NCBI GenBank assembly: GCA_902623005.1
Contig: CACNSC010000003.1
Location: 34,610 to 98,609, forward strand
DNA from: an uncultured Coxiella sp.
Lineage (GTDB): Bacteria; Pseudomonadota; Gammaproteobacteria; Coxiellales; Coxiellaceae
Reading direction: 5' to 3'
Length of the DNA: 64,000 nt
Below are positions 39,863 through 49,882 of this stretch, piece by piece. The position numbers and the translations under genes were made by a program. How positions within the stretch are numbered: position 1 is the first letter of the stretch; each line of letters starts with the position of its first letter. The notes below the pieces were generated by a model. That model made no database searches. It was not told where the DNA came from and saw only the letters and a program-made list of their open reading frames with translations.

Positions 39863-39901
39863 TGCATTGAATCGATGGGTTTTGAATCTATCGATTCAAT
39901 G
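39863..39901. terminator. 13-bp inverted repeat between convergent genes (likely terminator hairpin)
   Basis: GCATTGAATCGAT (39863-75) pairs with ATCGATTCAATGC (39889-901) across a 13-nt loop. There is no strong U-tract, so the assignment is tentative. Confidence 0.4.
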
Positions 39902-39918
39902 CAAAATATGGCATAGGT

Positions 39919-41490
39919 TTAGCAGTTCAGATCTAGAGGGTTTCCTTGCTGGAGCAAACTTTCCTCGAGTGCAGATTTTTTTTCAATCTCTAGGTTTTCT
40001 TTCCCTGCTGGGTTGAATACTCCCACAGCTCTTACAAGCAAATTGTCAACATGATAGACAGGATTGTGATAAGTCTTTTGTTTGCTATCGGAATATTTGA
40101 TTTCATTTATTTTGTTGCTTAGATCCTCAACTAATTTGTTAATAATTTCTATCATTTGGAAATTATTGCTTGGTTGAACATCATCATATCTTGGACCAAA
40201 AATAGCCTCAAACTTATTCGCTTGCATTTCAGCGCCAAACTGAAAATACGCACCAAATGAGTTGATGGCTATACAGCCTAGGCAAATGATGAATACATCA
40301 GCACTACCAAGTGCGGGAACGAAGTTGGCAAGTGTCGAAGTAAGGTCGACCATTTTTGGTGCAGTTGAGTTACTGTTTTTGGCATCCAGCAACATGGCGA
40401 AAATACCGCCCCAGGATAACAGCGTCATACCAGTTGCAGCCAATCTAAACATATCGTGTCTAGTCCATTGAGCGAACTTATCATCTTGCGCAGCAGGTTG
40501 AGTTGATGGTTGTTTCATTAGCCAGGTTATTAATGCGTCATAAACATCGCTTGAAACAAAAGTTCCCATGGTAAAGGTGGGCGCAAATATCCATATGGAC
40601 ATAAGATTAGTAATGATAAAACCAAATTGAGGGATATCACTAAAAATTTGAGCCTCCGTGGCTTCGACGATGCACAATGACGTAATGAAGGACAACGTGA
40701 CTAACCAAGCTATACCAGCAATAAGCTTTTGGAGCTCTGAAGGTTCGAGTTTAGTAAAATCATTAGATAACCATAGATCATCACTCAAGTTATTCTTGCC
40801 CTTAGAAAATTCCAGTAGATTAGGATTAGGTAAAGTAGCGATTTCAGTGGTTAAGTCAGAGCCTCGATGTGGGACAACGCTATTATTCGTTTCAAGCGCA
40901 AACTTAGCAGCAATTAAATTTTGTTTAAGCCTTAAGAGCCTTTGAAGATGCAAAGAGTCCGTAGGTTTTGCTTTGCTGAGCCAGTTGTATATGCTCTCAA
41001 AAACTGGAGGCATGACCTGGCCATAAATCGCGACATTTTTTAGCATGATATTGACCATCAGGAGAGTCGAGACCCACCCCAATATGTCCGATGAGCCATT
41101 ATTTTTTTCCCAAAACGGATTGTTCAAGTAAAAGCTTAAAAAAGGCGGTAATGCAACAAAAAGACCAGGAAAGAATTCTTGCATCCAGATACTGAGAGGT
41201 CGCCGTGGATTTTGAGACATGCGTTTGTAGTTAAAAAACCCATTAACAGCCCAAGTGATCGCAGGAACTAGAACATTGAAAGCCGGCATAAAAAACTGAT
41301 TATTGAATCCTGCAATTGCTGCGGGTACTCCAAACAGTAGGGCTGCGTGACCAGCTTCAAAGCCAGGGCCAAATAGGGTGTGAGGTTCGCTTGCTGGATT
41401 TGCTGGCGCTAGGTCGCTTATGTTGAGTGCCTTTAGACGTGCTTCAATATCTGAAATTGGAACTTCAGTGTAATTGTTTTCGTTAGTCAT
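39919..41490 (-). CDS. Orphan polytopic membrane protein (523 aa)
   Basis: It is a long ORF with two clusters of hydrophobic segments separated by a soluble linker. I recognise no family. The C-terminal tail is Glu-rich (KENLEIEKKSALEESLLQQGNPLDLNC). Confidence 0.6.
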   Translation of the reverse strand: MTNENNYTEVPISDIEARLKALNISDLAPANPASEPHTLFGPGFEAGHAALLFGVPAAIAGFNNQFFMPAFNVLVPAITWAVNGFFNYKRMSQNPRRPLSIWMQEFFPGLFVALPPFLSFYLNNPFWEKNNGSSDILGWVSTLLMVNIMLKNVAIYGQVMPPVFESIYNWLSKAKPTDSLHLQRLLRLKQNLIAAKFALETNNSVVPHRGSDLTTEIATLPNPNLLEFSKGKNNLSDDLWLSNDFTKLEPSELQKLIAGIAWLVTLSFITSLCIVEATEAQIFSDIPQFGFIITNLMSIWIFAPTFTMGTFVSSDVYDALITWLMKQPSTQPAAQDDKFAQWTRHDMFRLAATGMTLLSWGGIFAMLLDAKNSNSTAPKMVDLTSTLANFVPALGSADVFIICLGCIAINSFGAYFQFGAEMQANKFEAIFGPRYDDVQPSNNFQMIEIINKLVEDLSNKINEIKYSDSKQKTYHNPVYHVDNLLVRAVGVFNPAGKENLEIEKKSALEESLLQQGNPLDLNC

Positions 41491-41619
41491 TGGATAATCT
41501 TATCTGTTGGTGGCTATGGATAAGCGATCTGTTATAGGTTGCTTTATCGCTGCTTGCAAGAAGATTGCCTAACTTAGTGGCTTTAGCGTTAAAATAATAT
41601 TGTCTTAAGTCTACTACGG

Positions 41620-42567
41620 CTAACAACGCTGCCAATCAAAGCTGATGGAAGTATTAACAGCGCTGTGCTTACACGCCAGCATAACGAGCCGATCGAGGCC
41701 AAGTGCAACACCTGAGCAATCGGGTAGACCGGCCTCAAGTGAGGCAATGAATCTGCGATCAATGGTTGGTGATGCTTTATTTAATTTTCGTCTGATTGTT
41801 AAATCTCGATTAAAGCGATGGTATTGCTCATTGGCATCTTGCAGCTCATGAAAGCCATTGGCGAGTTCGATGCCGTCAATATACAGCTCGAAACGTTCGG
41901 CAACCGATGGCGATCCTTGACGAATTTTTGCGAGCGCAGCTTGCGACGCCGGATAGTCATAAATAAAAACCGGTGCCTTGTGACCAAGCGTAGGTTCTAT
42001 CACGTGGGTGAGTAGAAGATTAAGGCAATCATCACCAGTGAGCCCCGTCGTCGTTGATAGCTCGACGCGTTGTTGAACAAGATGCAATAGCAAATCGGGA
42101 TTGCAGTTGTGTGGATCGATATCAAGATGCACTAAAAATAAATCACGGTAAGAGACTTTTTCTGCCGCTGGTGTTTTCAGTAGTCGCTGTAACAAGGCAT
42201 CTGTTTCGTCCATCAAGGCATGATGATCGAAGTCTGGTCGGTACCACTCAAGTAGTGTGAATTCGGGGTTATGCAGTGAGCCTTGTTCTTCTTGACGAAA
42301 GGCTTTGGATATTTGGTAAATTGGTCCACTTCCAGCAGCCAACAGGCGCTTCATGGCATATTCCGGAGAAGTTTGTAGATAGTATGGCGGTTGATGATCA
42401 GCAATCGCAAAGCTGTCTATGTACGGGTCAGTGACCGTATGTTGGCAAAGCAGTGGCGTTTCCACCTCCATGATGGCGCGCTCATGAAAAAACTGACGTA
42501 TTTGATGCAGAATATGAGCGCGTTGCTGTAGTGTTGCGATGCTAGCGCTGGGCTGCCAGTCGATCAT
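41620..42567 (-). CDS. epmA: EF-P (R)-beta-lysine ligase EpmA (PoxA/GenX)
   Basis: The 315-aa protein has a truncated class-II LysRS-like catalytic core (EVETPLL, FRQEE...[20 protein letters not shown]). Its start overlaps the efp stop. Confidence 0.88.
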   Translation of the reverse strand: MIDWQPSASIATLQQRAHILHQIRQFFHERAIMEVETPLLCQHTVTDPYIDSFAIADHQPPYYLQTSPEYAMKRLLAAGSGPIYQISKAFRQEEQGSLHNPEFTLLEWYRPDFDHHALMDETDALLQRLLKTPAAEKVSYRDLFLVHLDIDPHNCNPDLLLHLVQQRVELSTTTGLTGDDCLNLLLTHVIEPTLGHKAPVFIYDYPASQAALAKIRQGSPSVAERFELYIDGIELANGFHELQDANEQYHRFNRDLTIRRKLNKASPTIDRRFIASLEAGLPDCSGVALGLDRLVMLACKHSAVNTSISFDWQRC

Positions 42568-43133
42568 TCTTTAACGCGAGAAACATAGCTTCCAGTGCGT
42601 GTGTCGATTTTGATGACCTCACCCTCATCAACAAATAACGGTACTCGAACGACAGCACCGGTTTCCAATGTGGCCGGTTTATTACCACCGCTAGCGGTAT
42701 CACCTTTTAAACCAGGATCAGTTTCGGTGATCTTGAGTTGCACAAAGTTAGGTGCGGTGACTGACATGGGGGCATCATTAAATAGTGTGACGACACAGGT
42801 GTCTTGTTCTTTGAGCCATGGTTTAGCATCTGCAATGGCTGCTTCACCAACTGAATACTGCTCGAAGGTGTCAGGCATCATGAAGTGCCAGAATTCACCA
42901 TCGAAATAGAGGTATTGCATTTCGATTTCCATGACATCAGCAGCTGGGAGTGATTCACCAGATTTGAAAGTCTTTTCCAGTACGCGCCCAGTTTTTAAAT
43001 TGCGCAATTTAACGCGATTAAAGGCCTGTCCTTTGCCAGGTTTGACAAACTCGTTTTCGATGATGCTGCAAGGGTCGTTGTCGAGCATGACTTTGAGTCC
43101 AGAGCGAAATTCATTGGTGCTGTATTGAGCCAT
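42564..43133 (-). CDS. efp: Elongation factor P
   Basis: The start is [15 protein letters not shown] (ATG 43133), and the loop VKPGKGQAF carries the modifiable Lys. Confidence 0.96.
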   Translation of the reverse strand: MAQYSTNEFRSGLKVMLDNDPCSIIENEFVKPGKGQAFNRVKLRNLKTGRVLEKTFKSGESLPAADVMEIEMQYLYFDGEFWHFMMPDTFEQYSVGEAAIADAKPWLKEQDTCVVTLFNDAPMSVTAPNFVQLKITETDPGLKGDTASGGNKPATLETGAVVRVPLFVDEGEVIKIDTRTGSYVSRVKE

Positions 43134-43311
43134 GCGGTCCTCTTGATGGTATGAAATCGGCTGCCATGATAACAACTCGATTCTACCGCGGCAATTGCTG
43201 TGTTGTGACCCTATGTCATACATGTTCGGGGTTAAGGATTCGTTGATGGCTGGTGTGTCGCATTAAATTCCGCTAGCATGCAAGGCGCATAATGATCATT
43301 TTTAAATCAGG

Positions 43312-44226
43312 TTGAGCTCATTGAATCGTCGCGCGTGGTTTGCCGTTACTTTGTTATTGTTACTGGGTGTCTTGTGGGGCTCCGGCTATGCGCTGGCGCG
43401 TTATGTAATGACCCACGGTGTTGCCCCGCTGGGTTATGCCTTTTGGCAAACTCTGGGGCCTGCAGTGTTGTTAGCACTTATCGGCTGTCGTCAATGGCGA
43501 TCAGTACGCTTGTCACTAGCTTTACTGGGGTTCTTTGTGATTACGGGTTTGTTTGGTATCGCAATTCCAAACTCCACCATGTACTTTGCCAGTGCGCACT
43601 TGCCATCAGGGTTACTCGCAGTGTTGGTGAATACGGCACCATTACTCACTTACGGGTTTGCCTGGTGTTGCGCGGATGAATCTTACCAGCCCTGGCGTGT
43701 TTTAGCGGTGCTGTTATGCGTGTTCGGTTTGATGTTACTTGCTTGGACTGCGCACTCCTCAACCCTGATGCACGATGATGCATTGATCTGGTTGGCGATA
43801 GCCTTCATCAGTCCAGTTTGTTTTGCCGCGGTCGCCGTTTTTACATCACGTCGACGACCCGTGCAGGTTACTTCAATGACTTTGGCTGTTGGCATGCTAA
43901 CAACAGCATTCATTTGTTTGTTGCCTGTCGTGATAAAGACACACGCTTTTTATGCACTCACATCACCTTGGCGTCGCGTTGATCAAGTCATCGCATTAGA
44001 AATGCTGCTGTCAAGCTTGGGTTATGTGGTGTTTTTTCATTTAATTCGATTATCAGGATCGGTTTATTACAGTTTGGTGGCGGGTGTTGTTGCATTGACT
44101 GGTTTGTTTTGGGGTTGGTTGTTATTTCAAGAGCAGTTTAGCGTTTTACAGTGGCTTGCTATTCTTTTAATTTTAATCAGTATTGTGTTGATGACACAGC
44201 GTTTCCAGCGTCAACCAACGCAATAG
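43312..44226 (+). CDS. DMT/EamA-family transporter
   Basis: The 304-aa protein has about 10 hydrophobic segments in a two-repeat EamA-like organisation. It has a TTG start. Confidence 0.65.
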   Translation: MSSLNRRAWFAVTLLLLLGVLWGSGYALARYVMTHGVAPLGYAFWQTLGPAVLLALIGCRQWRSVRLSLALLGFFVITGLFGIAIPNSTMYFASAHLPSGLLAVLVNTAPLLTYGFAWCCADESYQPWRVLAVLLCVFGLMLLAWTAHSSTLMHDDALIWLAIAFISPVCFAAVAVFTSRRRPVQVTSMTLAVGMLTTAFICLLPVVIKTHAFYALTSPWRRVDQVIALEMLLSSLGYVVFFHLIRLSGSVYYSLVAGVVALTGLFWGWLLFQEQFSVLQWLAILLILISIVLMTQRFQRQPTQ

Positions 44227-44237
44227 AAGAGAGGTAG

Positions 44238-46430
44238 GTGGTGTATCAAGGTTCTGTGTTGCAAGTGGCAGTGCCATCACCAATGCGTTGTGCTTTGGAT
44301 TACTTGCCGGTTGCTGGTGGTCAGGTTGATGCAGCACGTATCGGTTGCCGTGTACGCGTACCATTAGGCCGACGTCTGGTGGTTGGTGTGGTGGTTGGGT
44401 TAGCAACCGCATCAACATTATCACAGCATCAATTAAAGCCGGCAGACGGTTGGGTTGATGACCGCCCTTTGCTGTCATCATCCTTACTGCGATTATTGAC
44501 GTGGCTGAGTGAATATTACCACGCACCATTGGGCGAAGTCGTTTGTGGCTTATTGCCCAAAGCATTGCGTGAAGATGCGTCATTAGAGCTGGTGTCTGAT
44601 TCTTATTATCAAATTACATCAGCGGGCCGTGATGCATTAACCACGATTAAACCTCAAGCGCATCTGCAGCGCGCCGTACTTGATACCTTGCTCAATCAGG
44701 CCTTGTCTTGGGCTGAATTGCGCTCAAAGGGAATTAAACGTGCACCACTGCATACCGCTTGTGAAAAAGGCTGGGTGCAAACTGTAGAGCCCCGACATGA
44801 GCGTGTTAGTTCCGCCTGCTCGCCAGCTGCGTTTTCTATGACGGATGAGCAAACTCATGCCATCGACCAAATCGTTGGCTCATCAGGGTTTAAAGTTTGG
44901 TTGCTGCAGGGGATCACGGGCAGTGGCAAAACCGAGGTCTATATTCAAGTTATCTCTGCCTTGTTACAAGCGGGTCAACAAGCATTGTACCTGGTGCCTG
45001 AAATTGGCTTAACGCCACAAACACAACAACGCATCAGTCAACGTTTTCAAGTGCCTGTGATTGTGATGCATTCACAATTATCAGAGAAGCAGCGCGCACA
45101 ACGTTGGTTGCAAGCCAATCAAGATCAGCCTTGTATTGTGCTCGGTACTCGGTCTGCGATTTTTGCTGCATTGCCACGCTTGGGAATCATTATTCTGGAT
45201 GAGGAGCACGATGCGTCGTTCAAGCAACAAGCCGGGGTAAGGTATTCGGCTCGAGATGTCGCAGTAATGAGAGCGCATCAATTGGCAATACCAGTAGTTC
45301 TTGGTTCTGCGACGCCATCATTGGAGTCATTGCATAACGTGACCACAGGTCGATATCAGGCATTAGCCTTAACGCGTCGGGTTGGTGGTGGTCAGTCGCC
45401 GCAGTTACAGTGTTTGGATATTCGTGATCAGCCACTTGAGGCGGGCATGAGTCAGACTTTGTTGGACGCGATCGATCGTCAGTTAGCGCGATCGGAGCAA
45501 GTGCTATTGTTTTTGAATCGACGTGGTTATGCACCGGCATTGCTGTGTCATCATTGCGGTTGGGTTGTACCGTGTCAGCAATGCGATGCCGTATTAACGC
45601 TGCATCAACAACAACAGCGCATGCGCTGTCATCATTGCCAATCCAGCTGGCCATTGCTGCGTTATTGTCAGCGATGTCAACAAGCTGAGTTAATGCCGGT
45701 TGGGGTTGGGACTGAGCAAGTGATGCAGGCGATACAGGCACGTTTTCCAACCGCTGTCACGGTACGGATTGATCGTGATACCGCCACCTCGCCGCGTCAA
45801 TTGCATCAACGTTTGGAGCAAATACATTCGGGAGAGGCTGACATTATTATCGGCACGCAAATGGTGGCTAAGGGACACCATTTTTCAGGTGTTACATTAG
45901 TCGCCGTTATCGATGCTGACGGTGCGCTCTATAGCACCGACTTTCGAGCGATTGAGCACATGGGGCAGCAGATCTTGCAGGTGGCCGGACGCTCTGGTCG
46001 TGAGTCGCCCGGTGAGGTCATCATTCAAACCCATCATCCAGAGCATCCATTGCTACAAACTTTAATGCAGTCAGGCTACGAGGCCTTTGTAGCAGCACTC
46101 AGTGAGGAGCGCTCGTTGGCCGGATTACCACCTCATGGGTATCAAGCCATTGTGCGAGCGGAGTCACGAGTCGCAGAACATGCACAAGCGTTCTTGCAAG
46201 CTGTGCAACAAGCCGGACGTTCGGTTGATGGCGATATTGCGGTATTTGGCCCAATCCCGGCAGCAATGACCAAACGCGCCAATCGTTATCGCTACCAGTT
46301 GGTGGTGCAAGCAACGCAGCGCAGTCGCTTGCAGCAATGTCTAAAGTATTGTATGACAGCGGCTGAACAACACCCTCTACGCGGCCGTTGTCGTTGGTTA
46401 GTCGATGTTGATCCGATCGAAACCATCTAA
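44238..46430 (+). CDS. priA: Primosomal protein N' (PriA helicase)
   Basis: It has the Walker A motif GITGSGKTEVY, a DEEH box and Cys-rich zinc fingers (CHHCGW...CQQC...CHHC). Confidence 0.95.
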   Translation: MVYQGSVLQVAVPSPMRCALDYLPVAGGQVDAARIGCRVRVPLGRRLVVGVVVGLATASTLSQHQLKPADGWVDDRPLLSSSLLRLLTWLSEYYHAPLGEVVCGLLPKALREDASLELVSDSYYQITSAGRDALTTIKPQAHLQRAVLDTLLNQALSWAELRSKGIKRAPLHTACEKGWVQTVEPRHERVSSACSPAAFSMTDEQTHAIDQIVGSSGFKVWLLQGITGSGKTEVYIQVISALLQAGQQALYLVPEIGLTPQTQQRISQRFQVPVIVMHSQLSEKQRAQRWLQANQDQPCIVLGTRSAIFAALPRLGIIILDEEHDASFKQQAGVRYSARDVAVMRAHQLAIPVVLGSATPSLESLHNVTTGRYQALALTRRVGGGQSPQLQCLDIRDQPLEAGMSQTLLDAIDRQLARSEQVLLFLNRRGYAPALLCHHCGWVVPCQQCDAVLTLHQQQQRMRCHHCQSSWPLLRYCQRCQQAELMPVGVGTEQVMQAIQARFPTAVTVRIDRDTATSPRQLHQRLEQIHSGEADIIIGTQMVAKGHHFSGVTLVAVIDADGALYSTDFRAIEHMGQQILQVAGRSGRESPGEVIIQTHHPEHPLLQTLMQSGYEAFVAALSEERSLAGLPPHGYQAIVRAESRVAEHAQAFLQAVQQAGRSVDGDIAVFGPIPAAMTKRANRYRYQLVVQATQRSRLQQCLKYCMTAAEQHPLRGRCRWLVDVDPIETI

Positions 46431-46515
46431 CTCTAACGCTTTGGGGTGTTTGATTTTTTATCAACGGTAAAAATACTGATATAATCAGTAGCTTATTCAG
46501 GTGTGTGGTGTCGTC

Positions 46516-48042
46516 ATGAGACGTTATTTTAAAAAGTGCATATGCTCGCTGGGCGCCTTGGTGTCAGTACCGGTATTGGCATCATTGCAATTGCCAGCGC
46601 CAGCAGACAGCTTTGCCGCAGTCGGTTTACCCGCTCAGGTGATTCCGGTTGTTGATCAATCAGCAACGACGTCAGTACCGAATGTGCAGGAGATGCCACC
46701 ACAACCGGATTTAACAATCGAAGGAAAGCATTTAAGCTTATCAGAGGCGATTTTACTGGCGCTGCGAAATAACCCCCAGGTGTTGAGCGCCCAGTATAAA
46801 CGGATTTTAGATAAGTACGATGTTGAAATTGCTAACAATGCTTTTCAGCCGCAATATTCCTTAGACATCAATCAAACATTCCAAAACCATGCCAAACCCA
46901 TTTACGACGTGACACCCAGTGCTCAATTAAAGACGACGTTGGGTACAGAGTTTTCAGTCAACAATTCATTTAGCACTTCCGGTACCCAAACGACTAACCT
47001 CAGCGTGACACAGCACTTGCTGAAGGGTTTTGGTTCGGTAAATTCAATCGCTTATTTGGATCAGATGGATGCAGCGAAAACAGCAAAGTTAGATTATAAG
47101 ACATCAATTACCAATATTGTGATGTCAGTGGTTGCTGATTATCGCAGCCTTGTTAGTGCTGAATTGAATTTAACGATTAATCAGAAAAACTTAGCCGCCA
47201 CCAAACAATCCACTCAAGATGATGAGTTGCGATTTAAAGCAGGTAAGCTTGCACGAAGTGAATTAGTGCAACAACAAGCAACACTCGCTTCGGCTCAATT
47301 GAGTTATCAATCGCAATTAAACGCATTAAAAACTACCTATCAAAACTTTTTAGTTGAGCTGGGTGTTTCACCATGGTCAAAGTTTATAGTTGATAAAACT
47401 GTATCGACACCGGTAGTTAAATTACCACCGTTACAAACTTGCATTGAGCTCGCGATGAAAAATAACCCGGACTATCAAACGCAAGTCATTAATTTGCAAT
47501 CAACCTACCGTGGTATTCAATTAGCCAAAGACCAGATGAAATGGTCGCTCGATGCGACGGTGAGTCAGCCGTTAGAATCAACCTCAGCAGATTATGGTTT
47601 TCCGGTGACGGTTGATGATGTCCAGGCAAAAGATCCCAGCTTTACTTTGAACATGCAAATGCCGACTAATCGCCTTGAGAATCAAAAAGCACTGGTCTCA
47701 GCAAAAATTGCATATGCAGAGGCTAAAGCAGAGTTGGAGCAATCAAAACGCGAATTAATGATTAAGGTACAGAATCAATACCAAACAATTTTATACGATC
47801 AACAGCAGATACCGATCGGTGAACAATCAGTGCAGTTAGAAAAGATGGCATTGGAAAATATGCAAATGAAATTTAAGTACGGCAAAGCGACGGCATTGGA
47901 TGTTGCAACCGTACAGAATAGTTTTGTTGATGCACAGTCCAGTTTGGTGTCTTATCAAATCAGCTTGCTCAATGATTTATTGGATTTAGACAATACTCTG
48001 GGTCGTGTGCTTGATCAATGGGGAATTACTTTAAGGTATTAA
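46516..48042 (+). CDS. TolC-family outer-membrane efflux protein
   Basis: It has a signal peptide after the ATG at 46516 and the two-repeat OEP pattern (LSLSEAILLALRNNP... / CIELAMKNNPDYQ). Confidence 0.75.
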   Translation: MRRYFKKCICSLGALVSVPVLASLQLPAPADSFAAVGLPAQVIPVVDQSATTSVPNVQEMPPQPDLTIEGKHLSLSEAILLALRNNPQVLSAQYKRILDKYDVEIANNAFQPQYSLDINQTFQNHAKPIYDVTPSAQLKTTLGTEFSVNNSFSTSGTQTTNLSVTQHLLKGFGSVNSIAYLDQMDAAKTAKLDYKTSITNIVMSVVADYRSLVSAELNLTINQKNLAATKQSTQDDELRFKAGKLARSELVQQQATLASAQLSYQSQLNALKTTYQNFLVELGVSPWSKFIVDKTVSTPVVKLPPLQTCIELAMKNNPDYQTQVINLQSTYRGIQLAKDQMKWSLDATVSQPLESTSADYGFPVTVDDVQAKDPSFTLNMQMPTNRLENQKALVSAKIAYAEAKAELEQSKRELMIKVQNQYQTILYDQQQIPIGEQSVQLEKMALENMQMKFKYGKATALDVATVQNSFVDAQSSLVSYQISLLNDLLDLDNTLGRVLDQWGITLRY

Positions 48043-48044
48043 TT

Positions 48045-49220
48045 ATGGTAGTAGTAAAAAAAATTGGCATGCTCTTTTTGCTGTTAATCGCTATGTTGCA
48101 GTTATCAAGTTGTGGCTCATCACAAGAGGCTGATAAAAAACCTCAGCAAGTTGTTCAGGTTGTCAAAAAACAACCGACAGTTACATTATTTTTTCGTGGA
48201 GTAATTCAGCCAATTAAAATTTTTTCTGTAGTAAGTCCTTTTGAAGGTCGGCTAACAGCGTTGCATTTTCAGTATGGTGATACATTAAAAGACGGCGAAA
48301 TTATTGCGGCAATTAGTTCGGAAAAACTGTCCGACGATTTTAAGAAAGTTGTTACGGATTATTTATCGAAAAAAAGTGCTTTTTTTAACTCGAAAGAGGA
48401 GTTTACCGGTACCAAGATGCTCTACAATGCCGGGGTTTCATCTAAAAGTGATTTCATGAGTTCAAAAAGCACTTATCAAAATGATGCGTTGTCTTTCATG
48501 CAAGCTAAATTTGAGCTGGAGACGTTGTTGCGAAAATTAAATATGGATCCTGAGGAAATAGAGAAGCTCTCGTTAGCCGATCAAGAACAACTAGCACCTT
48601 TGCTCACTCGCCAATTCAAGCACATTGATATCCCCGCATCGGGCAGTGGTGTCGCTTTGTTTCCATTGAAATCACAGGATGATAAAAGTAATGATGATGT
48701 CTCAGGTGAATTACATGTTGGTACGAAATTAAACCAGGGCCAATTGATGTTAAGTATTGGTGATATGTCTGGTTTGTCGGTTGACGTGACAGCATCGGAA
48801 GAGAGTATTAATCAATTAAAAGTCGGCATGCCTGCAGTGGTGACAAGTGATGCCTTCCCCGGCGTAAATCTTCAGGGCAAGATCGCAAGTGTTTCTTTAC
48901 AAGCGGATCCGAATAACAGTGGTGGTCGCTCGCTATCACAATTTCCTCTTCAGGTTGTTGTGCCGACAGTTGATAAAGCTGCGATGTCGCTGGTTAAAGT
49001 TGGTATGACCTGCAAAGTTAGATTGGATTTAAAATCCCCAGCCGCCATGATGCTACCGATAGCAGCGGTGAAGTTTGATGGCAGTACCGCGACAGTAAAG
49101 CAATTGACAGATGATGGTCATAGTAAAATAGTAAAAGTTATGACCGGGATTACCACGGCATCCGAAGTAGTGATTATTAGTGGTTTGAAAGTGGGTGACC
49201 GGGTATTGATGGATGATTGA
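48045..49220 (+). CDS. Periplasmic adaptor (HlyD/MacA-type) lipoprotein
   Basis: The ATG at 48045 gives MVVVKKIGMLFLLLIAMLQLSSC, which contains a lipobox. It has the coiled-coil and beta-barrel pattern of MFPs. Confidence 0.7.
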   Translation: MVVVKKIGMLFLLLIAMLQLSSCGSSQEADKKPQQVVQVVKKQPTVTLFFRGVIQPIKIFSVVSPFEGRLTALHFQYGDTLKDGEIIAAISSEKLSDDFKKVVTDYLSKKSAFFNSKEEFTGTKMLYNAGVSSKSDFMSSKSTYQNDALSFMQAKFELETLLRKLNMDPEEIEKLSLADQEQLAPLLTRQFKHIDIPASGSGVALFPLKSQDDKSNDDVSGELHVGTKLNQGQLMLSIGDMSGLSVDVTASEESINQLKVGMPAVVTSDAFPGVNLQGKIASVSLQADPNNSGGRSLSQFPLQVVVPTVDKAAMSLVKVGMTCKVRLDLKSPAAMMLPIAAVKFDGSTATVKQLTDDGHSKIVKVMTGITTASEVVIISGLKVGDRVLMDD

Positions 49221-49872
49221 AGTCACCAATTTAAAAAAGACCTATGCCGAAGGTAAGCGTCAAGAGTTTCAAGCGCTTAAAGGCGTTTCTTTATCGGTTG
49301 AGGCCGGTGAGTGGGTGGCCATTATTGGCCCGTCTGGATCCGGTAAATCAACCTTGATGCACATATTAGGATTGCTTGATCATGCCACATCCGGTCGTTA
49401 CCATCTTCTAGGTCGCGATGTCTCAACCTTATCGATTCGAGATCAGGCAAAGCTACGAAACGAGTGGATAGGATTTGTCTTTCAGCAATTTTTATTGCTA
49501 CCACGTTACAGTGCTTTGGAGAATGTTGCTTTACCGCTTCGCTATCGTCATTACTCGCAAAAAGCAGCCTTGGATAAAGCCCAACAACAGCTTTGTCAGG
49601 TTGGTTTAGGCGACTTAGTGCATCACAAGCCGACGGAGTTATCCGGTGGTCAGCAACAGCGTGTAGCAATTGCAAGAGCATTAGTCGGTAATCCTAAATT
49701 GATTTTAGCCGACGAGCCCACCGGCGCATTGGACACCAAAACCGGTGATATGGTAATGGCCTTATTGCATGAGGTTGCGAAAGATGTTGCCGTTGTCATG
49801 ATCACGCACGATGAGCGCGTTGCCGACCAGTGTCAGCGAAAGATTCGTTTACGTGATGGTATGAGGGAGTAG
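49213..49872 (+). CDS. ABC transporter ATP-binding protein (MacB/LolD-type)
   Basis: It has Walker A GPSGSGKST, the signature LSGGQQQRVAIARAL and Walker B ILADEPT. Confidence 0.92.
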   Translation: MIEVTNLKKTYAEGKRQEFQALKGVSLSVEAGEWVAIIGPSGSGKSTLMHILGLLDHATSGRYHLLGRDVSTLSIRDQAKLRNEWIGFVFQQFLLLPRYSALENVALPLRYRHYSQKAALDKAQQQLCQVGLGDLVHHKPTELSGGQQQRVAIARALVGNPKLILADEPTGALDTKTGDMVMALLHEVAKDVAVVMITHDERVADQCQRKIRLRDGMRE

Positions 49873-49882
49873 AGGGGTTGTT

